Origin: Candidatus Zhuqueibacterota bacterium
Lineage (GTDB): Bacteria > SM23-31
DNA: 64,000 nucleotides
NCBI GenBank assembly: GCA_042564455.1
Contig: JBHPLC010000005.1
Coordinates: forward strand, 481-64,480
Reading direction: 5' to 3'
The notes under the pieces are model-generated. The model searched no databases and was not told the origin of the DNA. It saw nothing but the letters and a program-made list of their open reading frames with translations. Numbering within the stretch: position 1 is the stretch's first letter; each line of letters opens with the position of its first letter. The translations under genes were made by a program, and so were the position numbers. This document shows positions 48,544-57,895 of this stretch, piece after piece.

Positions 48544-48972
48544 TCAATTTCTATGGTGTTTATCTGCATACTTCTCAATTACTGTTTTGGCAGCATGTTC
48601 AGTACTGCAACCTGATTTTATCAAGGTGTAAAATTCCTTCAGCATTTCTATTTCTTCTTTGAAAACATCTTTAACATGAGCTATGCGATCTCCTTGATAC
48701 TGATGAGTTACTGGGTGTTTTGGGTACTTGTGTTTTATCTTTTCAAGGAACGCCTGTTTCTCTGCCTCGTTCTTGAAATCCATCTTTTTCCGAATCTCCA
48801 ACTCTCTCCCTTTAGCAATTTGCTCGGCAACCAAGTACGATACAGTCGCCTGCATTCGCTCTTCTCCTTCTCCAAATTCTTCAACGTCTTTCTTCCGGTG
48901 TTCTTCTGAGTAACTCAATACTTTGGACCAGTATGTCGTCATATTGTTTATAATAAATTCTTCTAACGTCAT
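48544..48972 (-). CDS. hypothetical protein
   Basis: 142-aa ORF, helical and charged, with no recognisable motif. Confidence 0.4.
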   Translation of the reverse strand: MTLEEFIINNMTTYWSKVLSYSEEHRKKDVEEFGEGEERMQATVSYLVAEQIAKGRELEIRKKMDFKNEAEKQAFLEKIKHKYPKHPVTHQYQGDRIAHVKDVFKEEIEMLKEFYTLIKSGCSTEHAAKTVIEKYADKHHRN

Positions 48973-49098
48973 CTTATAAATCCTGTAAATTTGCGTTTTG
49001 AAAATGTTGGAGTGATTGGATTAAAAGTTAAGAAATACATTTAGTCTATGCAAGATTTTTTGTTCGCTTCCCGAGCACAAAGTCTATATTTCGTATAT

Positions 49099-49223
49099 AA
49101 TGTAGCCAGTTTAGCAAACACCACCACCCACACTGTAGTGAAATGTATCCAAAAATATTAAAACCTGTCGGAAATGTAGCCAGTTACCTAAATTATCTCA
49201 CTTTGGAGAAATGTATCCAGTTA
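49099..49223 (+). repeat. four direct copies of GAAATGTA(G/T)CCAGTT-like iteron
   Basis: The copies are aatgtagccagtt (49099), gaaatgtatccaaaa (49140), gaaatgtagccagtta (49171) and gaaatgtatccagtta (49208). Confidence 0.6.
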
Positions 49224-49365
49224 AATGTAAAGGTTGGGGGGGTAGTAGTGGGAAAAGCATCCCTTCGGGACAAAACAGCGCGTTTAGAGGCGATCTGCGG
49301 GAGTTTTTTTAAAAAAGGGGTGGTTGAGTAGGGGATTTTAAGGGATTTTAGTGGTATAATAAAAG

Positions 49366-50232
49366 TCAATCATACTCTCGAAAAAACTCATAATCGATTT
49401 CATATGCTTTTTTAGGTTTTAAACCTAGTTCGAGGCGCTCGAACATTTCAACCAACTTTTCTCCATCGACTAATTCAATTGGCTCTACACCATCTCTTCT
49501 CGCTTCCTTCTTTGCTTCCAAAGTAAAAGATCCTGTTGTTATTATAATTCCTTTATCAGCTCTCCCCTGAATTGCACCTCGAAAATCTCTTAGTTGGGAA
49601 GAAGAAACTGAACCTCTATATCGTTTGCTTTGAAACAGGACTCGAAAACTCACCAATGGATTTATTTTTAGAATTCCAATTCCGTCTATACCTCCATCAC
49701 CAGATTTACCCGTAACGGAGACTTGTTCAAAACCGGATTCGCGTAAAAGTCTTTGACAAATTTTTTCAAAACTATTTGGAGACATATTCTGAAGGATATT
49801 TAGCAATTTGCCCTTGGTGTCAATATATTCAGGAACAATATGGCTATCTATGTCTTCAGGTTTTTTATCTTTACTTTCCAAATCGCTTTTGTCACTTTTT
49901 ACATAACTATCCTGGATTATCTTGAAATGTTTTTTTACATCATTATCCGATAATTTTACTTTCCAACCCATATCAGTAAGATTCCATACTCCTCTTTGAG
50001 ATGAATCTAAAAAACCAGATTTCACACAGTATGACCTTGCCCAAGCAATTTGGTTTCTTACTCGTGACACTCCACTTTTTAAAGTCTCTTCTTGCTCAAT
50101 TTCCGTTATTTTGAGTTTGTCAATAACAAAATCAGAAACCTCAGATGGTGTACCTGATCCACCAAGTTCCTTTAAAGCATCTATAACAGGAATAAAATAT
50201 TTCAGAAATTGCGGTCCTTGAACATTAGCCAT
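49366..50232 (-). CDS. mrr: Mrr-family restriction endonuclease (Mrr_N winged helix plus Mrr_cat)
   Basis: The N-terminus is FLKYFIPVIDALKELGGSGTPSEV...RNQIAWARSY. The C-terminus is FEKICQRLLRESGFEQVSVTGKSGDGGIDGIG...FQSKRY...GIIITTGSFT. Confidence 0.85.
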   Translation of the reverse strand: MANVQGPQFLKYFIPVIDALKELGGSGTPSEVSDFVIDKLKITEIEQEETLKSGVSRVRNQIAWARSYCVKSGFLDSSQRGVWNLTDMGWKVKLSDNDVKKHFKIIQDSYVKSDKSDLESKDKKPEDIDSHIVPEYIDTKGKLLNILQNMSPNSFEKICQRLLRESGFEQVSVTGKSGDGGIDGIGILKINPLVSFRVLFQSKRYRGSVSSSQLRDFRGAIQGRADKGIIITTGSFTLEAKKEARRDGVEPIELVDGEKLVEMFERLELGLKPKKAYEIDYEFFREYD

Positions 50233-50470
50233 TTATTAATTCCTTTTGGGTTTAGTAGCTGACTATATTTAATTTCTATATCTCTTATCCGCTCTCAAAG
50301 TTATAACTAATTTTAAAAATAGCAAATCTTTCTTTAATATCGGTATAAGAATTGTATAATTATACATTTCTATCAAAGGATATTTAATGTCCCCTTCATT
50401 GCTTACACCCTTATGTAAGCAGGCCGAAATAATTGCAAAAGGAGATCAATATCTATCTCAGAATCTCACT

Positions 50471-50611
50471 CCAATGAGCGACCTTTCCAACCACAGTAAA
50501 GACTCAGTACAGCGTCAATGAGTCATTAATAAACCTTCAATGAGGACATAGTGAGCCATCAGTGAAGGTATAGTACACACTTAATGAACTACCAATGACG
50601 TCTTAATGAAC
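50471..50611 (+). repeat. array of eight or nine YYA(A/G)TGA motifs
   Basis: The motifs are ccaatgag, tcaatgag, tcaatgag, atagtgag, tcagtgaa, ttaatgaa, ccaatgac and ttaatgaa, at 10-35-nt spacing between the mrr start and the recombinase stop. Confidence 0.55.
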
Positions 50612-50706
50612 ACTTAATACCCATATAATACAGACATAGTGCAGTTTTAAGCTCAGAAATCCCTTCCTAAGCTCAATTTAACTTAAAGAATAGAACCTAG
50701 TCGGCT

Positions 50707-51309
50707 CTATTCCTCTTCAAACCGGTTAAACGCCTCTTCTGCATCTTCATCCATTATATTTGCGTATACTATAGTCGTATTTACTGAAGCGTGCCCAAGC
50801 TGTTGCTGAACCAAACGAAGGTTGTTATTTGATATTTTATATAGATGGCAAGCATGATAATGCCTCATGCTGTGAAAGGAATGATGAGAGGGCAAATTTG
50901 CCCTCCTTGCCCATTTCTTAAAAATTTTCTGGAGTGCTGAGCGAGTGAGTTTTTCCCCTCTCGATGAGTGAAACAGATATGTGGACGACTGTTCCCGCTT
51001 TTCAAGATACTTCTTAAGGTGAGTCTTCGTTTTAGGGCCAAACCTGACAACACGCCGTTTCCCTCCTTTTCCACTTTCCACTACAAGTGATGATTCGTTA
51101 TAATTAAGAAACAGGTTAGATACTTTGAGATCTGAGACTTCCTGAACACGCAGGCCTGTATTTAACGTCAGATCTATAATCATCCAATCTCTTACAGCAA
51201 TCCAATATCCTCTTCGTTCCGCAAGATCAGCAGCATCCGAGCAAACTTTAATAAGGCGCTTTTCTTCTTCTTCATTAAGATACTTATCTGGTGTTAGTGT
51301 CCATTGCAT
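50707..51309 (-). CDS. short tyrosine recombinase (catalytic domain only)
   Basis: 200 aa with TGLRVQEV (Arg), HSMRHYHA (HxxR) and LGHASVNTTIVYA (His, Tyr). There is no separate N-terminal core-binding domain. Confidence 0.75.
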   Translation of the reverse strand: MQWTLTPDKYLNEEEEKRLIKVCSDAADLAERRGYWIAVRDWMIIDLTLNTGLRVQEVSDLKVSNLFLNYNESSLVVESGKGGKRRVVRFGPKTKTHLKKYLEKREQSSTYLFHSSRGEKLTRSALQKIFKKWARRANLPSHHSFHSMRHYHACHLYKISNNNLRLVQQQLGHASVNTTIVYANIMDEDAEEAFNRFEEE

Positions 51310-51712
51310 AATTACCTCTCATTATGAAAGTCAAAAAATTTCCTTGTGGGTCCCATCGAAGACACTCTACTCCCCCGACTGTTGCCCTGGAGAGATCCAC
51401 AGTCTTAAGCAAAGTTCAAAATTGTCTATAGAAATACAGGTACCTATCTTGAGGAGTTTTCGGAATCTGTTATTTTTTGGGATTTTTTTTTCACTGACTA
51501 TTAAAGAGGCAAGGTTATTATATTTCTTATACCAATTTTGAAGGATGTTGAATGGAAAGACACTTTAGGAAAGTGTCCAGTTTCTACAAAGAAAATTCGT
51601 GTCAGACGATGAAAAGCATCCCTCCGCTCAGAAACACCAAATTTATTTGATCAACGACCAATGTTTGAAAAAATTAAAAACAAGAAAGTTTTAGAGAAAA
51701 GAGAAAATTGAA

Positions 51713-51745
51713 ACCACCCTCTGGTGACGTGCCTTAAGGGGTGGC
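51713..51745 (-). terminator. intrinsic terminator candidate downstream of the Fic/Doc gene
   Basis: The minus strand reads ccacccct-loop-agggtggt followed by ttcaattttctcttttctc. Confidence 0.35.
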
Positions 51746-51781
51746 TTATAGTGTAGATTTCGAAAGTTTTGGGAATGGAGA

Positions 51782-52996
51782 TTATAGCTTTGACAAGCGT
51801 CTTAACGTTTTACGGTATAGTGTTATGAAGTGATCTGGTGTATGCGCCTGAGGCCCATAGAAAGCACGGGCATCTATACCATTTAAGTTATCTAGATGTA
51901 AATCATGCCTTATCTTTCCTAAGGTGTTTTTGTCTGCCTCTCTGCCATTGGTCGAATAAAAAACTTGAGTACGTAATGTACGTGTTTTTTTACGACCAAA
52001 TAATCCTTTCTCAGGTACATTTCGCGATATATTTATCCTGTTGCCCACTCCCGTTGCGATACTAAAATAACAATTATAGTCTATCAGTATTTTTTTAAGT
52101 TTCCGCCATTGAACTCTACGGTCTCCGCGCTCGACAAGACGTGAGTTACTATTTATCCATCTCGCAATTTCTAAGGCCTCTCTATCAGCTAAATCTGAAA
52201 CATTTGTTTCACCAACTAACCTATGTTGTGCTACTTTGATAACCAATCTAAATAAATCATTTTCTTTACATGTTAGAAGGAGCCCGTTTTCATCTAAAAA
52301 CACTAGTAATGAGACCAAAGCCGTACGCTTATTACCGTTATGAAAAGGATGGTTTAGAACGATTGAATGCATAAGGGCCGCACCCGCCATCTCAGTTGTA
52401 GGGTATTTAATCTCATTTTCTAATGAAGTACTAGGTCTGTATAGCGCAGATGCTAAAAGATCTTCACTCTTAATACCGGCAGGACTAATCGGATCATCTG
52501 CTTCTTGAAAATCCACGACAAGAGCATTATGTATAGCTGAGACTTCCTCTAACTTAAGCATACGGAGCTCCCGTTGATGCCCTATTATTTCCCATTTTAG
52601 AGGTTTAGGTATTTGTACTGCATCAGGGGTAACTTCTTTTTCGCTAACATCAGCAATGTTTCCACGACGCCGTGACTCTGCTTTCAGCTTAGCAATTGAA
52701 CCCTTCGGCATTCGTCTCACACTTGGTCGCATCACTATATTAAGTGAAGTCAGAATCTCTCGCAGACCATTTGTATCTGTTTGAAATATTTTCTGCCAGT
52801 ATTCTGGAGAAGTAAAATCTTTCTTTGTTGCGATTCCAAGTGCACGACGAGCCAGATTGACTTTTTTTTTGGGGATTGTATCAGTAGGTGATTCAACTTG
52901 ATCTATGCCCTCGTCCCAAAGTAATACTAATGCCTCATCAAGGTCAAGTTTTGCCTCTAAAGCGAGATTCGATACAGTGTGTTTTACCCTAGCCAC
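51782..52996 (-). CDS. Doc-type Fic domain protein with N- and C-terminal extensions (GTG start)
   Basis: The central region is SAIHNALV...LLASALYRP...YPTTEMAGAALMHSIVLNHPFHNGNKRTALVSLLVFLDENG, with the Doc-like HxFxxGNKR motif. About 150 aa lie upstream and about 130 aa downstream of it. Confidence 0.75.
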   Translation of the reverse strand: MARVKHTVSNLALEAKLDLDEALVLLWDEGIDQVESPTDTIPKKKVNLARRALGIATKKDFTSPEYWQKIFQTDTNGLREILTSLNIVMRPSVRRMPKGSIAKLKAESRRRGNIADVSEKEVTPDAVQIPKPLKWEIIGHQRELRMLKLEEVSAIHNALVVDFQEADDPISPAGIKSEDLLASALYRPSTSLENEIKYPTTEMAGAALMHSIVLNHPFHNGNKRTALVSLLVFLDENGLLLTCKENDLFRLVIKVAQHRLVGETNVSDLADREALEIARWINSNSRLVERGDRRVQWRKLKKILIDYNCYFSIATGVGNRINISRNVPEKGLFGRKKTRTLRTQVFYSTNGREADKNTLGKIRHDLHLDNLNGIDARAFYGPQAHTPDHFITLYRKTLRRLSKL

Positions 52997-53393
52997 GGAT
53001 TTTCTCTGTTATTATTGAATAATCCAAAAAAGCAAAATATACGAAGAATGTAATTGTTTGTAAAGTGAAATTTTTAATTGAGGAAAAAATAAAACTAGTT
53101 TAAATTAGCCTAAGCTGGATAAAATAACATTAAGTAAATAATTTACCCACATAATCCATTTAAAGCCGCTCTAAACGCGCTTATTATTAAAAGAGTGTGG
53201 GTTTTGTGGGACCACTATTTAAAATCGGTTTACATTTAGTTTAAAACAGGGAGTAGTTGAAAATTAAATCTGATGGATTTCTTGTAGTTTTTCAGCAGAT
53301 CATTGCTTCCCACTGTGTAAATAGTTGCTGTTTTACTATCAAACCATTAATTATAATTATACTTCTACACATATAACTTTACATTCTCCAAAT

Positions 53394-55163
53394 TTAAAGA
53401 ATTCCGATCCCATCGTTCCCTAAAAATCTACTTGGTTTATTGCGATAATCTTCCAGATCTGTAGCGTAAAGGAGATACTTTTTTGCCCTTGTAATTCCAA
53501 CGTAAAGGAGACGACGTCCCTCCTCAATTCTATCAATGTCATTATCACGTAATGCTCTAAAATCAGGTACTTTTCCGTCATGGAGATCAATTATTGCTAC
53601 GGCTTCAAACTCGCGACCTTTTGCTTTATGCATTGTAAGAAGTTTTATACTATTTGCAGTATCAGCAAATAATCCTAGGTCCTCTATTGTAAGGTTTGCA
53701 ATATCTACATTATTGCGCTTCATATCACCAATCATGTCATCAACTGACTGTCTGAGTATAGTAGCAGATTCAACAGAAATGAGATGACTTTGAGACAACT
53801 CCTGTCCCATTGCAGTTGCCGCCTCTGTTAACCACGCAACACCACTTTGTTGATCATCCATAATTTGTCTACCAATCCGTAGAATTTTTAGTGCTAATAG
53901 CCGACCTTCAAAAGAATACAGAGTAAATGGGCGCTGGCCAGAAAGGGTGTTTAATGTTAAATAGAGTTCTTTTTCCAGTTGATGAAAAATTTTAGGACTA
54001 TTCATGACTAAGCAGGCACAAATCTGCTCTGCTATTGATGCGAATAGGTGAGTTCTTTTATATGGGCGAGCCCCAGGTCCAACCACTGGAATTCCATATT
54101 CTCTTAAAAATTTAGCAAGAGGAAATAGTTTAAACCACCAAGGCGATAGTATTGCGGCCTCACCGTATGGTATCTTCTGTTCTTCTAATGCTGGAAGAAA
54201 ATAATCTGTAATTGCATCAAAAGAATTATCCGTGTTCACATATTCAGGTTTCACTCCATAGTCTGCATTTACACCAACAGCTTCCATTGTAGGACTTCTT
54301 GGACAAAGTCGTTCCGCGTGTTCAACAATATAAGTGCTACATCTAAAATTACCTACTAATGAAAAATTGTCTCTTGCATTTATCTCTTCGGCAAACTCAT
54401 TAAGTAAAGCTGGAAAAGCCCCAGCAAATCCAAAAATTGACTGGTAAAGATCTCCAACAAGAAAGAATTTTGTTTTCTCATATTGTGCAATTATCCTAAA
54501 TATTTCTACCTGTAGTGCGCTTGTATCTTGAAACTCATCAACAAGTAACCATTTGTATTTGGATGCCAATGAATGCGCCACACTCGGATAATCGGTTAAT
54601 ATTTGGTAAGTGTAATAAACTATACTCGGAAAATCCATAAGTCCTTTTGATAGCAAAGTATCCCAAAAATGTATCACAACTTTATCGGCAACATCAGGAA
54701 TCTGACAAGGACTACCGTCAGGCTGTCGATTCAAATTTAATAATGAATCATATGTATTAGATCCAAGCTTAAAGTGATCAAGTGTTTGCATAACATTATC
54801 TTTATAGATTTCACAATCGGTAGGTATCACAGTAAAACCACTTTTATATTCTGGAATGAGTTCATAAAAGAAATTGAGTATATTTATTAGACAAAATGAA
54901 TGAATAGTTGAAATATCACAATAATCTTCATCACCAGATCGCCCATAACATCTTAATCGGTACTCAATTTCATGTACAGCTGCATTAGTATAAGTAAGGC
55001 AAGCAATCTTGTGTGGAGAGTTTCTTACATCTTGAATACAATTGAGCATTTTTGCAACAAGAGTTCGAGTTTTTCCGCTTCCAGGACATGCCACTATCAG
55101 ATTATTATCGGTGCATTTTATTGCATCTTGTTGTGTCGAAGTGAGAATCATAATTCCAACCAT
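53394..55163 (-). CDS. gajB: Gabija GajB (UvrD-like SF1 helicase)
   Basis: LTSTQQDAIK...VACPGSGKTRTL, LLVDEFQDTS, ...MHKAKGREFEAV, LLYVGITRAKK. The likely start is ATG at 55151, which overlaps the gajA stop as ATGA. Confidence 0.8.
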   Translation of the reverse strand: MVGIMILTSTQQDAIKCTDNNLIVACPGSGKTRTLVAKMLNCIQDVRNSPHKIACLTYTNAAVHEIEYRLRCYGRSGDEDYCDISTIHSFCLINILNFFYELIPEYKSGFTVIPTDCEIYKDNVMQTLDHFKLGSNTYDSLLNLNRQPDGSPCQIPDVADKVVIHFWDTLLSKGLMDFPSIVYYTYQILTDYPSVAHSLASKYKWLLVDEFQDTSALQVEIFRIIAQYEKTKFFLVGDLYQSIFGFAGAFPALLNEFAEEINARDNFSLVGNFRCSTYIVEHAERLCPRSPTMEAVGVNADYGVKPEYVNTDNSFDAITDYFLPALEEQKIPYGEAAILSPWWFKLFPLAKFLREYGIPVVGPGARPYKRTHLFASIAEQICACLVMNSPKIFHQLEKELYLTLNTLSGQRPFTLYSFEGRLLALKILRIGRQIMDDQQSGVAWLTEAATAMGQELSQSHLISVESATILRQSVDDMIGDMKRNNVDIANLTIEDLGLFADTANSIKLLTMHKAKGREFEAVAIIDLHDGKVPDFRALRDNDIDRIEEGRRLLYVGITRAKKYLLYATDLEDYRNKPSRFLGNDGIGIL

Positions 55164-56971
55164 TCAATTGCATCACGAATATATTTTGGTACAATTTCAG
55201 CCTTATTAACGTATTTAGATGTTACTTGAGCAAATCTTGCTTTACCAAATCTCTTTGCAGTATTGAGTACACTGTCTCTAAGAGGTTTCAAAATCTTTTT
55301 TTTCTGTATAGACTTAATACCTTTACTAGATAATTCAGTAAAACCGTCTTTGAGTTTTTTAGTAACACGAGTTGCACCAAGTTCCTCAGTTGCGCTTGCC
55401 AACATTTTTAGGGTACCTTTTAGAGTGACTGCTCGTTCGAAAGTTGTACTACAACGAAAAACTTCAACGAATTCACTACAAAGTGGTTCCAATTCTGGTG
55501 GTTGCAAAGATTCTTCTTCATTTAATATGTTTGAATCGCTTGGTATAAGGTCACCATCTGCAACGATTGCACATTTTTTTGGCATTCCCATATTATTAAA
55601 AAGTTTTGCATAAACATCAAAATGGATGCCGTAAATGGGTACAACTGATACTCCATGTCTTTCTAAGTCAATATTAAGAACATGTTTTACCAGTGGTGGT
55701 ATTAGAAATAACTCTGCAGGACCTTCAACAAGAATGACTTTTCGAGTGTAAAGTATTGTTGAGCGTGTTGCATCAAGATATCTTTCTAAATCTGCAACTT
55801 CCGGGTCTTCGAGAATTCCGTTTCTATATGGAGTAGTTCCAATAGTAGCCGGATTACCTTGATTTGTAAGTACTACAACAGAGTCGAGGTTTGCCGCTGA
55901 GGTAATGTGTGTGCTGTGTGAAGAAAGGATTGTCTGAAATGGTTTGGATTTGAGACTCGAAAATAGCACTCTTTGAAGTTGTGGGTGAAGGTGTGCTTCT
56001 GGCTCTTCAACAAAAAGCAACTGTCCTGCACATTTTTTACTTCTAACGCGACGTTCGAAAGTTTCCATCAACATACTCACGTAAAGGATGTTATTTAAGC
56101 CAAGCCCATTTCTATAAGGTTCAAAATCTCGCAAAGCGTCATTACTAAGTAATATTGTAAGTGAGCGTGCAATTGAAGAAAAAGAAGGATCAGCCATACC
56201 TAGTCTTACATTCATTTGAAATGCTTCACCAGCAGTCTTTCTGAATTCACCGTCAATTGCATTACCAGCATCTGCGATTGTCGGTCTTTCAGATATAGCC
56301 TCGTTTGCTTCGCGTAGAATGTTTACTAAACTATCTTTCTCATCTTCTGGAATTGCGCTTGAATCCAATAAACGTCCTAATGGTGATGTACGACTTTGTC
56401 TAAGATCATGGCGAACATCTCTAAGCGCAGGTAGAAAAACTACTTGAAATTGTTGAAGGTCAGAAAAGCGTACTGAATGCCCTAAATGCTCATACCATTG
56501 AACTTCTGATGGATCGTTTTGACCACCACCAGTGAGTTCCCAATGATAGTCATCAAGGGTAAGGTTTGTTGGTATTGGTTCCTCTCTTTCTTTCAACTCT
56601 ATAAATTCTCGTTTGGGCCTGAACCGGTATGTCAATCTTGCTTTTCTATTTTCTTGATCGAACTCCCAACTACCAACTAAAGCCGTTGCAGGGTCACTAT
56701 CATAATAATCCGAGAACTCAATCGAAACAATGGCCTGGTTTGGATCAGTAATATCGGCTCCACAGTGGAAATCTTGTTCATCTAAAGATCGGTAATTTGA
56801 CGATAAACCGGCATCCAAAGCTAGCCTTATACCAAAAATGAGATTAGATTTTCCAGTGTTATTTTCTCCAACTAAACATGTGACTCCTGAGCTAATTGAA
56901 ACATCCAAGTGTTCGAAATTTCTAAAATTCCGAATTATTATTCTGGAAATATACATTAGAAATCCTCTCAA
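55148..56971 (-). CDS. gajA: Gabija GajA (OLD-family ABC-ATPase plus TOPRIM endonuclease)
   Basis: MYISRIIIRNFRNFEHLDV...LVGENNTGKSNL, LLFVEEPEAHLHPQLQ, SSHSTHI, TOPRIM KVILVEGPAELFLIP. The likely start is MYISR at 56956. Confidence 0.8.
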   Translation of the reverse strand: MRGFLMYISRIIIRNFRNFEHLDVSISSGVTCLVGENNTGKSNLIFGIRLALDAGLSSNYRSLDEQDFHCGADITDPNQAIVSIEFSDYYDSDPATALVGSWEFDQENRKARLTYRFRPKREFIELKEREEPIPTNLTLDDYHWELTGGGQNDPSEVQWYEHLGHSVRFSDLQQFQVVFLPALRDVRHDLRQSRTSPLGRLLDSSAIPEDEKDSLVNILREANEAISERPTIADAGNAIDGEFRKTAGEAFQMNVRLGMADPSFSSIARSLTILLSNDALRDFEPYRNGLGLNNILYVSMLMETFERRVRSKKCAGQLLFVEEPEAHLHPQLQRVLFSSLKSKPFQTILSSHSTHITSAANLDSVVVLTNQGNPATIGTTPYRNGILEDPEVADLERYLDATRSTILYTRKVILVEGPAELFLIPPLVKHVLNIDLERHGVSVVPIYGIHFDVYAKLFNNMGMPKKCAIVADGDLIPSDSNILNEEESLQPPELEPLCSEFVEVFRCSTTFERAVTLKGTLKMLASATEELGATRVTKKLKDGFTELSSKGIKSIQKKKILKPLRDSVLNTAKRFGKARFAQVTSKYVNKAEIVPKYIRDAIEWLEL

Positions 56972-57142
56972 TAATGTTAATGTGCTTAATGGAATAAAGG
57001 ATATATTAATACCAACGTGACAAAAAGAAGCAGGAATAAATAATAACCATCAAATGACAATTAGAAAACTACTATAACTAAACTCATTGATATCTGAAGG
57101 AATTGAAGCGATTTGAACTTACTGAATTCATGACATACTATT

Positions 57143-57598
57143 TTATTCGACCTGTATTAAATTAATTAAACGAGGTATTTCATTTACTTTGCTTCGTTTG
57201 AAATATCTTTCTATTGCTCTACGAATACCTGTTTTTTTCATTGCGAATTTTATATCATATTTTAATATATCATAGCATACATGTACCCACATATTATAAA
57301 GGTTGGGACATTTATCTTTCTTGATAGATCTTAATTGCATTAGTAAATCAGGGATAGCCTTTAATTTAAATTCTAAATTATGATGTTCTTTACGAAAAGC
57401 TTGCATTTCATTGAGAATATTTTCTTCTCTTATGATAGACTTTGGTATTGGATTCTGAATAAGATCCTCACCTATTAGAAAATATTTGTAATAAATATTA
57501 GCAATCGTATTTGCTAAATCATAAGGAATATCATCTAATTGACCTAATTGGCTGTTTATTGCTTCTCGGCAGTCTTTGATAATTTCTTCATTAACCAT
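57143..57598 (-). CDS. hypothetical protein upstream of gajA
   Basis: 151-aa ORF with no recognisable motif. Confidence 0.4.
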   Translation of the reverse strand: MVNEEIIKDCREAINSQLGQLDDIPYDLANTIANIYYKYFLIGEDLIQNPIPKSIIREENILNEMQAFRKEHHNLEFKLKAIPDLLMQLRSIKKDKCPNLYNMWVHVCYDILKYDIKFAMKKTGIRRAIERYFKRSKVNEIPRLINLIQVE

Positions 57599-57895
57599 GA
57601 TCTCATAATCCTATAATTATTAGCACATATCTTGTTATTCAAACATATTCTCTAAATTGCTCTGAACCGCTATAGCTAACATTAATGTTGGGAAAAACCA
57701 AACAAAGAAACAGAATCTTAGTCTTAGACCTACACTCAATAGTGCTCCCCACGATTCTGGATCAAAGTTGGATTTCCCACAACATTGTACATTCCTGAGC
57801 ATGCGCCATATAAACAAAATACTGACCAGAGGATTAATGGTATCTTTAAGAATTTACTTATTAATATTACTATGTAATTATTCAGATTTTCTAGG

